Shown: positions 12,449-23,993 of the stretch, piece after piece
Position numbering within the stretch: the first letter of the stretch is position 1
How the letters are laid out: the number at the start of each line of letters is the position of its first letter
Origin: Macrostomum lignano
Taxonomy: Eukaryota
Reading direction: 5' to 3'
DNA length: 64,000 nucleotides
Assembly (NCBI GenBank): GCA_002269645.1
Contig: NIVC01002857.1
Span: 70,874-134,873 of the forward strand
Notes under the pieces: generated by a model
Seen by the model: the letters and a program-made list of their open reading frames with translations, nothing else
Databases searched by the model: none
Told to the model about the DNA's origin: nothing
Translations under genes and position numbers: made by a program

Positions 12449-15400
12449 TCAGAAAGTCATCCTGAACTCTATCAGAGCTTTGGTGTCCTTCTCCATGACA
12501 ATATCAGCCATGCTCATCAGTCTTCTCTCTTCGGGCTTTTCAGCCAGCCAGTCAACCAGTCTCCAAGACTCGCTGCTCCATCTCAACAACTTAAGCGTTG
12601 TCAACAAAGACTGGTCGCCTTGTCCATGGCCGCCAACCGCTGCAGTCCAAGTCCTGTCGCAGGGGAACAGTCTAGCAGTCCACAGGCTGCCACTGCCAGA
12701 CCATTCCGCCTCGTCCAATGGCAGGCCGTGGCGATGACAGAATTCCACCAACGGTCTGCCAAGAAATTTGGCTTCGGTTAAGCTTTGCTGCTTTGGATTG
12801 TCGTCCGAGTGCCAGGCCCACGTGACTTGGCCGGCTCCAGCTAGTAGCGGCACGGTCTGCAGCACCCAGCCATCCGGGATGACCAGTTCAGCTTCCGGCT
12901 CGCGGCATCGGCAATGACTCAACAAGCAGCCCGACCCGATGCGGCAGGAGCGAGCGGAGATTTCGCAGAATTCCAATGCGGAACCGGTTCCGTTGGATGA
13001 GATTTCCAAGCCGTTGGCTATGTTGATGCGAGAGTTGGTGACAAGGATAGGGCTGAAATAGGAAGTTTAATGCTTCTCTCTGTAGAGATTAGATTGATTA
13101 TTCCCTAAATCTCATAGAGATTAGATTGATTATTCCCTAAATCTTATAGAGATTGATTATTCCCTAATCTTATGGAAACTAGACTAATTTTTTCCTAAAT
13201 CTCAAAGGAATTAAATTGATTATTCACTAAATCTCATAGAGATTAGATTGACTATTCCCTAAATTGCATAGAGATTAGATTGATTATTCTCTAAATGTCA
13301 TAAAGATTAGATTGGTTAGTCTCTAAATCTCATATAGATTAGATAGATTATTTCCTAAATCTCACCCAGCGTCTCAACAATAGAGATTAGATTGATTATA
13401 TTCCCCAAATCTCATAGAGATTAGATTGATTATTCCCTAAATCTCATATAGATTAAATTGATTTTATTCCCTAAATCTCACCCAGAATAAAGATGGGGAT
13501 AAGATCTGATATTGTATTCAGAATAATATCTAGAAATGAGACAATATCATAAATCTTACCCACTGTCAGGTGCAGCGGCGGTGCTGAAGCACCTGGCTAA
13601 TTCGATAGGCTGAAACAGGTTATTCAAGTATTCTTTAGTGCTGCCAATGTGGACCAGTGCGGATCGTTCAATGCGGCACAGTTTGAGTTGTCTTCCTTTG
13701 AGCAGCTCAAACAGGCTCGTGCGCAGCTGGGCGAGACGAGCAGCTGTCGATGGACTGGGATGCCGGGTCAGGTTTCGAATCTCGTTGACGTAGTCATCGA
13801 GATGGGCGTCTCTGGGAGAGTGGGCGAGAAACCAATGCGGGACATGTTCAGTGGGTGCTCTGATCCTTCAGTGGGTGCTCTGACCCTTCAGTGGGTGCTC
13901 TGATCCTTCAGTGGGTGCTCTGATCCTTCAGTGGGTGCTCTGACCCTTCAGTGGGTGCTCTGATTCTTCAGTGGGTGCTCTGATTCTTCAGTGGGTGCTC
14001 TGATTCTTCAGTGGGTGCTCTGATCCTTCAGTGGGTGCTCTGATCCTTCAGTGGGTGCTCTGATCCTTCAGTGGGTGCTCTGACCCTTCAGTGAGTGCTC
14101 TGATTCTTCAGTGGGTGCTCTGATCCTTCAGTGGGTGCTCTGATTCTTCAGTGGGTGCTCTGATTCTTCAGTGGGTGCTCTGATTCTTCAGTGGGTGCTC
14201 TGATCCTTCAGTGGGTGCTCTGATTCTTCAGTGGGTGCTCTGATTCTTCAGTGGGTGCTCTGATCCTTCAGTGGGTGCTCTGATCCTTCAGTGGGTGCTC
14301 TGACCCTTCAGTGGGTGCTCTGATTCTTCAGTGGGTGCTCTGATTCTTCAGTGGGTGCTCTGATCCTTCAGTGGGTGCTCTGACCCTTCAGTGAGTGCTC
14401 TGATTCTTCAGTGGGTGCTCTGATTCTTCAGTGGGTGCTCTGATTCTTCAGTGGGTGCTCTGATCCTTCAGTGGGTGCTCTGATCCTTCAGTGGGTGCTC
14501 TGATCCTTCAGTGGGTGCTCTGATCCTTCAGTGGGTGCTCTGATCTTCAGTGGGCGTGCTAACTTCAACCCGACAGACACTCCAAGTCCCTCTATAGTGC
14601 GACAAGGTCGCTCTCACCTAGGTGCCGTAGCCCAATGGTCTAGCGTAGCGCTCTGATGTGCCTGCGGCCCAGGCTCGATTCCAAGTGCAGTCACATTAAT
14701 TTGGGGCTCAATTGTAATCTCGGCTTGGCTCTGCTCGTGCAATTAACGACCTTAAGGCTGAGGGCCCCCAAGGCACAGTGAAGTGTACATGCCCAACGAT
14801 AAATAAAGTTAGGGCCCCTGGGTCTAATAAAAAGGCCTCTCTCACCTGCCCAGTCCCCGCAGCAGGTCTCCGTAAGCATCCAGCTCCACCCCAGCCATGG
14901 AGGATTCGTTGGCATCTCGCCAGGCCAATAAGGCTTCGATGAAGTGACCGTTCAACCAAAAATTTGAATCAATCAAAATGCTACCATCTGTGGAGTCGAT
15001 AAGCCCGCTAGCTGATCGCATCTCCGCAATAGTCGGTTTTTGAAGCACCCGAGAACAGTCCAGAACGGTGAAGCTATTCGAACTGCATCGATAATCCTCT
15101 TGGTTGCTTAGCTCCCCCTGGTCAACATCTACGCAGTAAACTCCGTGTCCGGTTGCTAAGCTCAAATCCACAGTGGGATGGGCTAAAGCGACTATGTCGG
15201 ACTCGGCGAGGCGGCGAGAACAAGTCGAATTGGATATTAGACTGATGGAATCGAACTTGTAGGGTAGCAGAGCGTCTGAGCAGGCTGTGCGGGACAGGGT
15301 GGGCGTTTAAGAAAGAGCTAAGCACTGGTTAGAGATTTGACAGATCTTGAAGCTTATTGTACAGACACCTGATCGGTCATTGTACCAATATCTTGAAGCT

Positions 15401-16487
15401 TATTGTACAGACACCTGATCGGTTATTGTACCAATATCTTGAAGCTTATTGTAGACACTTTATCGGTTGTTGTACCAATATCTTGAAGCTTATTTTACAG
15501 ACACCTGATCGGTTGTTGTGCCAATATCTTGAAGCTTATTGTACAGAGACCTGATCGGTTGTTGTACTAATATCTTGAAGCTTATTGTACAGAGACCTGA
15601 TCGGTTGTTGTACCAATATCTTGAAGCTTATTGTACAGAGACCTGATCGGTTGTTGTACCAATATCTTGAAGCTTATTGTACAGAGACCTGATCGGTTGT
15701 TGTACCAATATCTTGAAGCTTATTGTAAAGAGACCTGATCGGTTGTTGTACCAATATCTTGAAGCTTATTGTACAGAGACCTGATCGGTTGTTGTACCAA
15801 TATCTTGAAGCTTATTGTACAGAGACCTGATCGGTTGTTGTGCCAATATCTTGAAGCTTATTGTAAAGAGACCTGATCGGTTGTTGTACCAATATCTTGA
15901 AGCTTATTGTACAGAGACCTGATCGGTTGTTGTACCAATATCTTGAAGCTTATTGTACAGACACCTGATCGGTTGTTGTGCACGCTTGGGTTGTTCTGTT
16001 CCAAAAACTGCAACATACCTAAGAAACAGCATCCAACGCCAGCATTGGCAGCGAACTGCGCAAACGGTTCCGACAGAGCAGTGACAATGTCAAGCATATC
16101 CAAGCAGCCCGCGCTGACTGTTGGCATCACAGCGAATAATTTTCCTAGGGCGGAAAGCCATGGCGACCGTTGGCTCATGCCACCAGCTGGGATAAATAGT
16201 ATTCGCAGTTTAGATAATTTTTTGATGCCAAATTCCAGTCGAAGCTGGTTGAGACAGTGCAGCAGAGCGCCGCCATTGCCTGTAAGTTAGGAAAGCAGTT
16301 TAGGCACAACTATATGTTTAGTGATCCGAAGATGAGTTTTAATTTCACTCACCAATTTTTGGACCTGGTGGATCCGAGTAGATTCTTAACTTGTCTTTAA
16401 ACTTTTGCTCGCCTAGTATTTTATAACCCAAAGCTTGGTCAGAATCAGACGCGCAGATGGCAATAATGTCAAACGATGTTTTTCGAT
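12449..16487 (-). CDS. FPGT: Fucose-1-phosphate guanylyltransferase (GDP-L-fucose pyrophosphorylase); start exon not located
   Basis: Exons 16487-16353, 16279-16019, 15284-14846, 13811-13560, 13052-12449. GT-AG, phase consistent, about 563 aa. Motifs matching the FPGT family: FDIIAICASD, YSDPPGPKIGNGGA, AGGMSQRSPWLSALGKLF, ALAHP..LATGHGVY, ELDAYGDLLRGLG, LFELLKG..LVHIGSTKEYL, SLWTARLFP. Confidence 0.88.
13078..13485. repeat. Degenerate 32-bp minisatellite, last FPGT intron
   Basis: Unit AGAGATTAGATTGATTATTCCCTAAATCTCAT. Confidence 0.9.
13846..14556. repeat. 20-bp minisatellite, FPGT intron
   Basis: Unit CTTCAGTGGGTGCTCTGA(T/C)(C/T), about 35 copies. Confidence 0.97.
14621..14832 (+). mobile_element. 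tRNA-derived SINE, family A, short copy in an FPGT intron (antisense to the gene)
   Basis: Homologous to 11086-11280 (GCTCTGATGTGCC..GCGGCCCAGGCTCGATTCCAAGTGCAGTCACATTAATTTGGGGCT..GATAAATAAAGTTAGGGC). Ends in AATAAAAA. Confidence 0.75.
15345..15978. repeat. 46-bp minisatellite, FPGT intron
   Basis: Unit TCTTGAAGCTTATTGTACAGAGACCTGATCGGTTGTTGTACCAATA, about 13-14 copies. Confidence 0.97.
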
Positions 16488-17939
16488 CTAAAATAGGTGT
16501 AAAATGAAGCCAGAAGCAGAAAAATAGATTAGCATTGCAAGATTTCATATATGATATAAAACAGGACTGTCTACAGGCTTAACTTAAGAAAAAATGAAAT
16601 TTTCAGTTTAAAAAATTTCTTACTGTTTGTTTTGTAGTTTTGCAATAGAAAATCAGGTGAAACTAACATTTTCAATTTCTGTTAAAATCGGAATTACGAA
16701 ATATGGGAGATTATTAAGGCGAAAATAAGTTTACATTCTGTAGTTCATCACGCAATTTTTTAAACCTTACGATAATTTATAAAGTGAATCGGAAAGAAAT
16801 AAAACATAGGCATTTGAAAGCGGTATACACAATACACACGCAGTGCAGGCTTAACCTGAACCAGTGAGCCAGCCTGTCAAAAAACTTAACCTAATAAGTA
16901 ACTTAAAAACTCGCAAAAACGAACAACACTTTCTCAGAAAAACACATACTAACAATTTGTATAGTTTTTGAAATCTTCGAAAAATAAAAAAGTATATGTA
17001 CTAAATCAATAATTTTATTTTTCTTTATAGTAGATTAAAATTAAATAACATTAAGCCTATTAATGATAATCGAGTAGCAGAAATTTAAGCATAAAGAAAT
17101 TCTACGAAACGCGCACTACTTATGAGAATTGAAAGTTTGCCGTTTGCGTTTACTAGACAATACTAGTCTTTCGTTGCCTGCCAGTTATGCAGTCACTGTC
17201 GAAGTACTTAGTCCTAATCTATGTTAACACTTTAAGATAATAAATATATGAAAGTAGTGTTAGTTAGTTATTTATTTTTAGGATAATTTGTTTTAAATCA
17301 GTCGTTTTTATGACTTTATACATGAAATGATTTTATGATTAGCCCGCCCCCCCCTCCCCTAGTACAAGCCAAGCTGGTCAACAGTTCAAGCCCTCAGATT
17401 TAAGAATAAGTAGAGTAACACTAACAGTTACCTGGTAACTCCAGTTTGTAAAAGTAGCAACAGTCTCAGTTTTTACTGCTTGTAGTCAGTAGTCCTAGTC
17501 TATGACTCTATTTTAGCACTGTTATCTGAATGCAAAAAATAGTTTTGATATATGAATTAATTAAATAAATCAATAAATTTTCTTTGAATGAATGAATGAA
17601 TATAGTGGCAATGCTGTTAAATATTAATTGTTACTTTATTTTTATGGCAAATGGTTGGTCATTTTACCAAGGCCTAGGAACTATATTAATTTATAAAATT
17701 GGACCTAATAATTTGAAAATTACTATTTTAACTCAATAGTAATAATCTAGTATATTTCATAATATTCAACTAGGCCTCCTTAAAGTGTTCCAACTACTTA
17801 CACTTGCAGTAGTACTAAGGTAGGCCTAGGCCTATTATTAGTGTTAGACTATTGCATGGCATATTGTATGAAAATTATTTGATATAGACCTACAAAGTTT
17901 TTTATCAAATTAGACCTAGACATCACACTTTGGATCATG

Positions 17940-18130
17940 TAGTATACAACCCAAAACTTGGGTGTGCATTGGCCTTGTATGCATGGCAAAAGTTGGTATA
18001 CACAGTTGGCATCCAAGGTCCATTGGCATCAATTTGTGTGCCAAAGCATGCCCAAAAGTTTACATGAATTTATATGCCAACTTTAAAAGGGGTCATTTGT
18101 ACATTGGAATTTTCTGGCATATATGTAACT
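17940..18130 (-). mobile_element. CpG-decayed relic related to the GGCGTA-rich element at 49.5 kb
   Basis: 18098-18128 aligns to the reverse complement of 49462-49492 at 26/31 identity. Four of the five mismatches are CpG to TpG/CpA. Confidence 0.55.
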
Positions 18131-19001
18131 TTCTTGAGTCTTGGTTGGCATGCATTACTCCTAAGAAAATAGTTTGCATACACACTTATGCACTTTATAG
18201 AATCAATGGAAAAGTTATTTTAAAATAGAAAAAAGCTGAAAAAGTTAATTTTTACATAAATTTTAAGCTTTGGGGTCTTTTAAAAGCTTGTAATAAATCA
18301 GTCAAATAAATCTTTACATGTATTGATTTTCTTCTATAAATAATATTGCCAAAAAGCATAAAAATCAAATTAATCATATTATTTGCCAAAAAGGGTCTAT
18401 TGGGTCATTCCATATAATGACGGTTGTAACATTCTTACATACAAGCTCATGAATTAGTCCCTGTAATAAGCTAAAATCGTTTATATTTAAGTCATTCTAA
18501 AAGCAAAATATGTCTGTTACACTAAAAAAATTGTTTTACTCATTTGACTAATGATAACAAAATAAATTGAAGGCTAAGTTACATGATGGTCGTAACAAGA
18601 GAAATTGAAACAGTTGAAGGATGTCTTTTGTGTTTGTGAATTTACTCAATCTACAAATCTTAGAGGCACTGTAATGAATAATAATGTGTTGAAATGTTAT
18701 TACAACAAGAAAAAATAGTGCACATAATAATTGCATAACAACTCTTTGAACTATTAAACTTGTTTTAAACCTTGCGGTCGTAACATTGCGGTCGTAACAA
18801 ATTTCAAACTACCGACTTCTAATTTTTTTTTTCATTTCAGATCAACAAAGTACTATCCCTTGGCAAATTTCTACCTTTGAATAATAAATGAATAATAGAA
18901 TAGCTATTTTTTGTGTTATCAACCATTTCAGACCAATATTTTCATCACTGAATAGTCAGAAGTTGTGGCAAGCATAAGAAGCATAAGTTGGAAGAATAAG
19001 T

Positions 19002-21416
19002 TCATGGAAGACCATCAAAACGGAAGTGGCCCCGCCTGTCGACAGGAGTTGGTGGGCTAATTTCCTGAATTATATCTACTTGATAATAATAAATTTCGTC
19101 CTTCTTCTTAGGCCACATGAAATGGCGGTCACCAGACTTGGCCATGACGTTGACCCGGTACTCAGTGGCACTATCATCCGACTTCCTAATTTTGGTGACT
19201 TCGCCAGGGTATTTCGACTCATTGTAGTTCACGAGCACCCATGTTCCAACTACAATTGAAATTGCAGTTCGGCTGGCCGACGTTGCTGAAGGATTTCCTT
19301 CAAGTGCATGATTCACCGGTGGCTTGGCAGTAGCCTCGGATTGAGCAGCTTCAGTAAGTGCTTGCATTGTAGAGAGAGGCGAACGGTAAGTAGCTCGGAC
19401 TGATAAGCTTGCAGACCAGAAGTGATCCTTCTTGATATTGGCGATCTACAGTTATTTGTTGTAAGCTAGCTATAAATAAAACATAAACTGTTTGACTGCA
19501 TAGCTGTAACAACTTAAATACAATCAGATTCGTACCGCAGGTGCAGCCGATAGGATGTTCACAAATTCCTCGTTATATATGGCTTGGATCTCCTCCTGGG
19601 TGATATAGTGGCACTCGATTCGGCAGTCTTCAACGGCTACCAGAAATTCATGGGCGTTTCGTACAAGCAGGCGGCCTGACCTCACTTTGATCCGCGCAGC
19701 ACGCTTCAAGGTGCCACCAAGGCCGTCGATAGCCCCTTTGCCGTGGCTGGTCGCGAAGAAGTTCCATGTCGCGCGTGACAGCTGGAACTTCTGGACGAGC
19801 ACCGAGAGCATGCAGTGCATGTACCGGTTTTTAAACTGCGATGCCGGCCCATCACTCCAGATGTGCACTGTCATGTTGGGCACACAGATTTGCTGTAAAT
19901 AAGTTAAGTATTCATGATCGTATTCGAAATGAGTATTTGGAATTATTAACTAATAAATGTTTCAATATGTTTACTTTGAACAGATGGTCCAGGAAGACCG
20001 AGACCGTCTCTCGGCCATGGTTAGTCGTGTCGCTGACGATCGCGAGCATTTTCTTCTTCGACTTCCAGTACACAGCAACAGTAAAGATCGTGACCTGTTG
20101 CTGGCACCAATATGCACTCTGTGTGGCATTCTGACTCACACACGAGTAATTTTCTGAGACGTCGAAGTGAATTACGACCTCCGAGTTTTCTGACAAATTG
20201 TCCTTTTGTTGCCGGTGGAAATCGGCCTGTTGGCGGTTGGTGAGATGATGCACCAAAAATTTCGGCAGGTTGATCAACAGCTTCTGCATGCCATCTTGCA
20301 GCGTACTGCTGTTTTTGTTGGGCTGCATGCGTCCAGTGTCACGGTCGACTTCCCACGACAGGTAGTTGATCTGCACTGCAGCTTGCTCACGAGTTGGCGC
20401 CGGAATGCGATGAGCGAGACCTGATGAGCAGTTCTCGCACTGTGCCAGCTTGCAAGCCTCGCTGATGGGGCTGCACAGCACGAACTTGTCGACCCAGGAG
20501 CGAGAATATTCGTCAATGCCTGGCATCCGCTTAGCGATGGCGTTGCATAAACTGGAATAAGAACGTGGTTTATAAAAAATCATTTTGTGGGTTAAGAAAA
20601 ATTCTTAAATTTTGGTCATATAATTAATTACAAAAAAGTGAATCCTACTTCTGAAAGTTGCTGTGATAAGTGCAGCAGCAAGCCTCCATCGGAGTCTTCT
20701 CCAATGTGATGACGTTAGGTGGCCGCAAATCACAGAACTTAGAGAGGGAAATTTTACGTTCTGGTGCTTCGTCCAGAAAGACGCGATGGCACTCTTTCAA
20801 ATTCATAAGCAAAAATCGCTTTTGCAGCTGCTGCCTGTTGACCTTTATGAATTCCTTGACACCCGGTGACCAGCGGGAGATGTCCTCCCGATTATAGAAT
20901 TGGAGGACGGCGTCCTGGGTTCCAGGGTCCAGCTTCTGCCGTGTAGCTGGAGCTGAATCCGCAATAACTAGACCGCAGTCGGCAGCTAGCTGGCGCACAA
21001 CGGCTAGGCGCCTATCGGGAGTGTTCGGCAGAGCGTCCTTGCACCTGCAATGAATTTAAAATATGATTTTCTAATGATTTTCACTATTCTTTAAACACCT
21101 TTGAACCATAATAATTGCCATTAACGACTTACTTATTCACTGCCCGAGTGTGCGTGCGTTTGCTGCTATACGGATCGCCTTCAGCAGCCTGTACATCAGG
21201 TACAGCAGGAGCCTGTTCAGCAACAGCGGCCGCTGCTGTCTTCAGACGCTGGCGCATCTTTTTCATTCGCTCCCTTGCTTGTGCACGCTGCTTCGCAATA
21301 TCTGCGCTGTCTGCGAACTGACGCCGCACTCGACTGCGCTCTCGCTCGGAGGCTTGAAGGACATCGCCAGCTCGACGACGAAAATTCCGACAGTTTTCCG
21401 CGCTCGTTTTCACCAT
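19002..21416 (-). CDS. DDE/D transposase of the Sola-type element, 685 aa, 5 exons
   Basis: Exons 21416-21133, 21044-20649, 20551-19975, 19892-19536, 19445-19002. Total 2058 nt, no internal stop. Introns are 82-97 nt GT-AG. Motifs: HFDVSENY, QSAYW..QVTIFT, HIWSDGPASQFKNRY, WNFFATSHGKGAIDGLGGTLKR, Cys clusters, and C-terminal WVLVNYNESKYPGEV...F.WPKKKDEIYY. Confidence 0.85.
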
Positions 21417-21957
21417 AATTGTTTAATTTAAGAGCTTGCAAGAGCTTAAAGAGCTTACTAGCTGAAGAATGTAACTTATATGACTATAGAACGAATAGTT
21501 TGCATCAAATGTTGAATCGAGAAAGGGATTGAGCTGTGAGAATAATTATATTGACATTATATCACAGAATAATAGCATACAAACGTCTATGTTACGACCA
21601 GAAGGAGGATGTTACGACCACAACATTCTGGTCGTAACAAGCAGTTTTTAGCCTCAATGGAAAAATGTGGCAGTCTAAAAATTTCTGACAATACTGACAC
21701 CATAAGGAATGAGTTTTTTAAGTGTACCCTGCACCCTATAATAACTTCCACTTCAATGAGTAGAACTGAATGCATTTTAAACATTCTGGTCGTAACATTC
21801 ATACAGCTGACTAACTTTTATACAAAATACATGTTTCTATACAAATTGGATATGGCTGTTATGTTATGGATATTCGGCAGGTCATCCGGGATATTCGGTC
21901 CTAAAGCCCTTAGCCGAAGATCCATGTCAAGGATATTCAGTTGCCGAATAACCACAG

Positions 21958-22100
21958 TATGGTTATTCGGTTTCAAGTTTGAGCTATGGTTATTCTGCTT
22001 CAAGTTTGAGCTATGGTTATTCTGCTTCAAGTTTGAGCTATGGTTATTCTGCTTCAAGTTTGAGCTATGGTTATTCTGCTTCAAGTTTGAGCTATGGTTA
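21958..22100. repeat. 27-bp minisatellite inside the transposon
   Basis: Unit GAGCTATGGTTATTCTGCTTCAAGTTT, about 5 copies. Confidence 0.9.
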
Positions 22101-23699
22101 TGTACTACATGATCTGATTATTCCACTGATCACTCCACCAATAGTTATTGTTCCATTAAATAGTAAAGATGTGGTACAATTTCTAAATTACATGTGTAAG
22201 AATTTAATCATAGTTTGAAAGCAAAAAAAGAGCAGATACCTCTTTTAAAACTAATTATCAAAATCAGAACTTATTGGCTAAATATATATAGTTTCAATAA
22301 AAGTCATTAAAAACACTAAAATAGGAAGAAAAAAATTTCAATTTTTTGTCCTAGTTATATGGAATGACCCTATTACGCAATTCAAAAAAGGTTATTTATT
22401 GTTATATAACGATGCCTTCTATAATCCCACTGTTGCCACCAAAGTTGTAGTAGGAGTGATTCCTCTTATTATAAAATATCTTGCTATTAAGCCACCAAAG
22501 TTATAACAGGGGTTTTCTTCTATTTTTATAAATGATTCCACAGCTGTCATCAAAGTTGTTACAGGGCTAATTTGCTATGCTCTCTTACTGGTCGTTATTA
22601 ATGTACTTAATGTTTGTACTTATATCTATTGGTAACATATCTACTTCTCTATCTACCTTTGTACTGGTAGCATATAATTATCTACTGGTAGCGCATGTGT
22701 ATACACTATACTTCTGGCCTAAGTTGTCTAATGACACTGTCTATTTTATTCTCACTATTTATTCTTATAGAGGTTTTCTCTTAGTCCTAGGTGTTCCTGG
22801 GATGCAGGATCAGGAGGTCATAGGTTTTATGCAATTTCTCCTGCCTAAGGTGATTATTAAAGTGGTTATTGCCCTTAGGCGATTTTCTCATTTTTAGCAA
22901 ACTCAATACTCTTGAATTAGGCTCTTACTTCTAAGGAAAATAATAAGTCTCTTAAGCACTACAATTTAATATATAAATGTTAGCTTGTTAGCTCGCAAGA
23001 AGGGAGCAAAATAGGTAGACAAGTTGCTCTTCTTGGCCCACTCTGGGCTTTTATTTATACTGCTTGAACAATATATTTAAAACAATTTTTTATAATAATT
23101 TTTGGTTTTACAACAATTTAAACAAAAAAATCTTTTGACCAGAAATTTGATTACTATATTTTTTAATAAATAATTTATAATTGTAGCAAGAATACACTGA
23201 AAGAACACTCTCAGAAGACTCTTAGAAGACTCTACAAAAGGTACACTATCTTAGCTGCCTTCCCTTAAGGAAATTTATGAAAAAAAGGAAAAAAATATAG
23301 AAAGAGTAGAAAAATTTTTTAGAGTAAATAAAATTGCTAAATATTAAGATGTATATATCAAACAAGTATAACTAGAAAGGCAATTTATTAATAAGAAAAA
23401 AACTAGAAAAGCACTTATCCAAGTACTAAATGTACTTACAACAGACACATTTTTCAGATATATGAAAGTGGAAAATTTGTGCATAAAATCAAGGCAAATT
23501 TTTCACAGGTGCATTAAAAAGAAAAGGAAGAACATGCTGATAGTAAGATAAATGCTATAGGTGTATTACAAGTGAAAAATAATATGCTAATAGTAAGGTA
23601 AATGAACTACAGGTATACGAAGACACACTAGTAATATGGCCAATTCTACAAATACATGTATTGTCAATTAGTAAAGCACAAAAATGTCAGCATACAAAC

Positions 23700-23869
23700 C
23701 ATTCTTCGGCGCAACCTAGGGATTCACCCAGCCGTTTTTATTGGCAACACACACGTAAGTTGCTTTTGGATGGAATAGTAGTCACGTGACTGCTCTCAGC
23801 CAATAGCGACTTACATGTGTGTGTTGCCAATAGAAACAGCCAGGTGATTCCCAAGGTTGTACATGTATG
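23700..23869. mobile_element. 170-bp hairpin-forming hAT-type MITE
   Basis: 8-bp direct repeat ATACAAAC (23692-23699 and 23870-23877). Imperfect inverted arms of about 53 bp across 23712-23859. The right terminus (rc CATACATGTACAAC) matches 12/14 of the TIR of the 46119 MITE. Confidence 0.65.
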
Positions 23870-23993
23870 ATACAAACTTGTCCATTCATAATCAGAAGTT
23901 GCAGTTATGTGGAAGGTCCCGAAATTCAGGCCAACCTAGTTGGGTAAACACCCAGCGCACCTCAATATTGACGAGTTGGCGCTGAATTGGCTG

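Larger units (their letters stand above)
18402..22370 (-). mobile_element. Full-length Sola-type (probably Sola2) DNA transposon, 3969 bp
   Basis: Perfect 16-bp TIR GGGTCATTCCATATAA (18402-18417 and 22355-22370). 4-bp TSD TATT (18398-18401 and 22371-22374). GRG..CYC termini. Subterminal TGTTACGACC/GGTCGTAACA motifs on both sides. Encloses an intact transposase. Confidence 0.88.

Noticed and set aside
13846-15978. Regular 20-46-bp repeats resembling CRISPR arrays (also 29.5-31, 38.6-41.7 and 55.4-61.1 kb)
   Set aside because: Units are head-to-tail with no unique spacers, lie inside spliceosomal introns, and have no cas genes nearby.
16480-16490. Spliced-leader-donated AUG as the FPGT start codon
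   Set aside because: Flatworm SLs end in AUG, but joining at this acceptor would be out of frame because the exon begins in phase 1.
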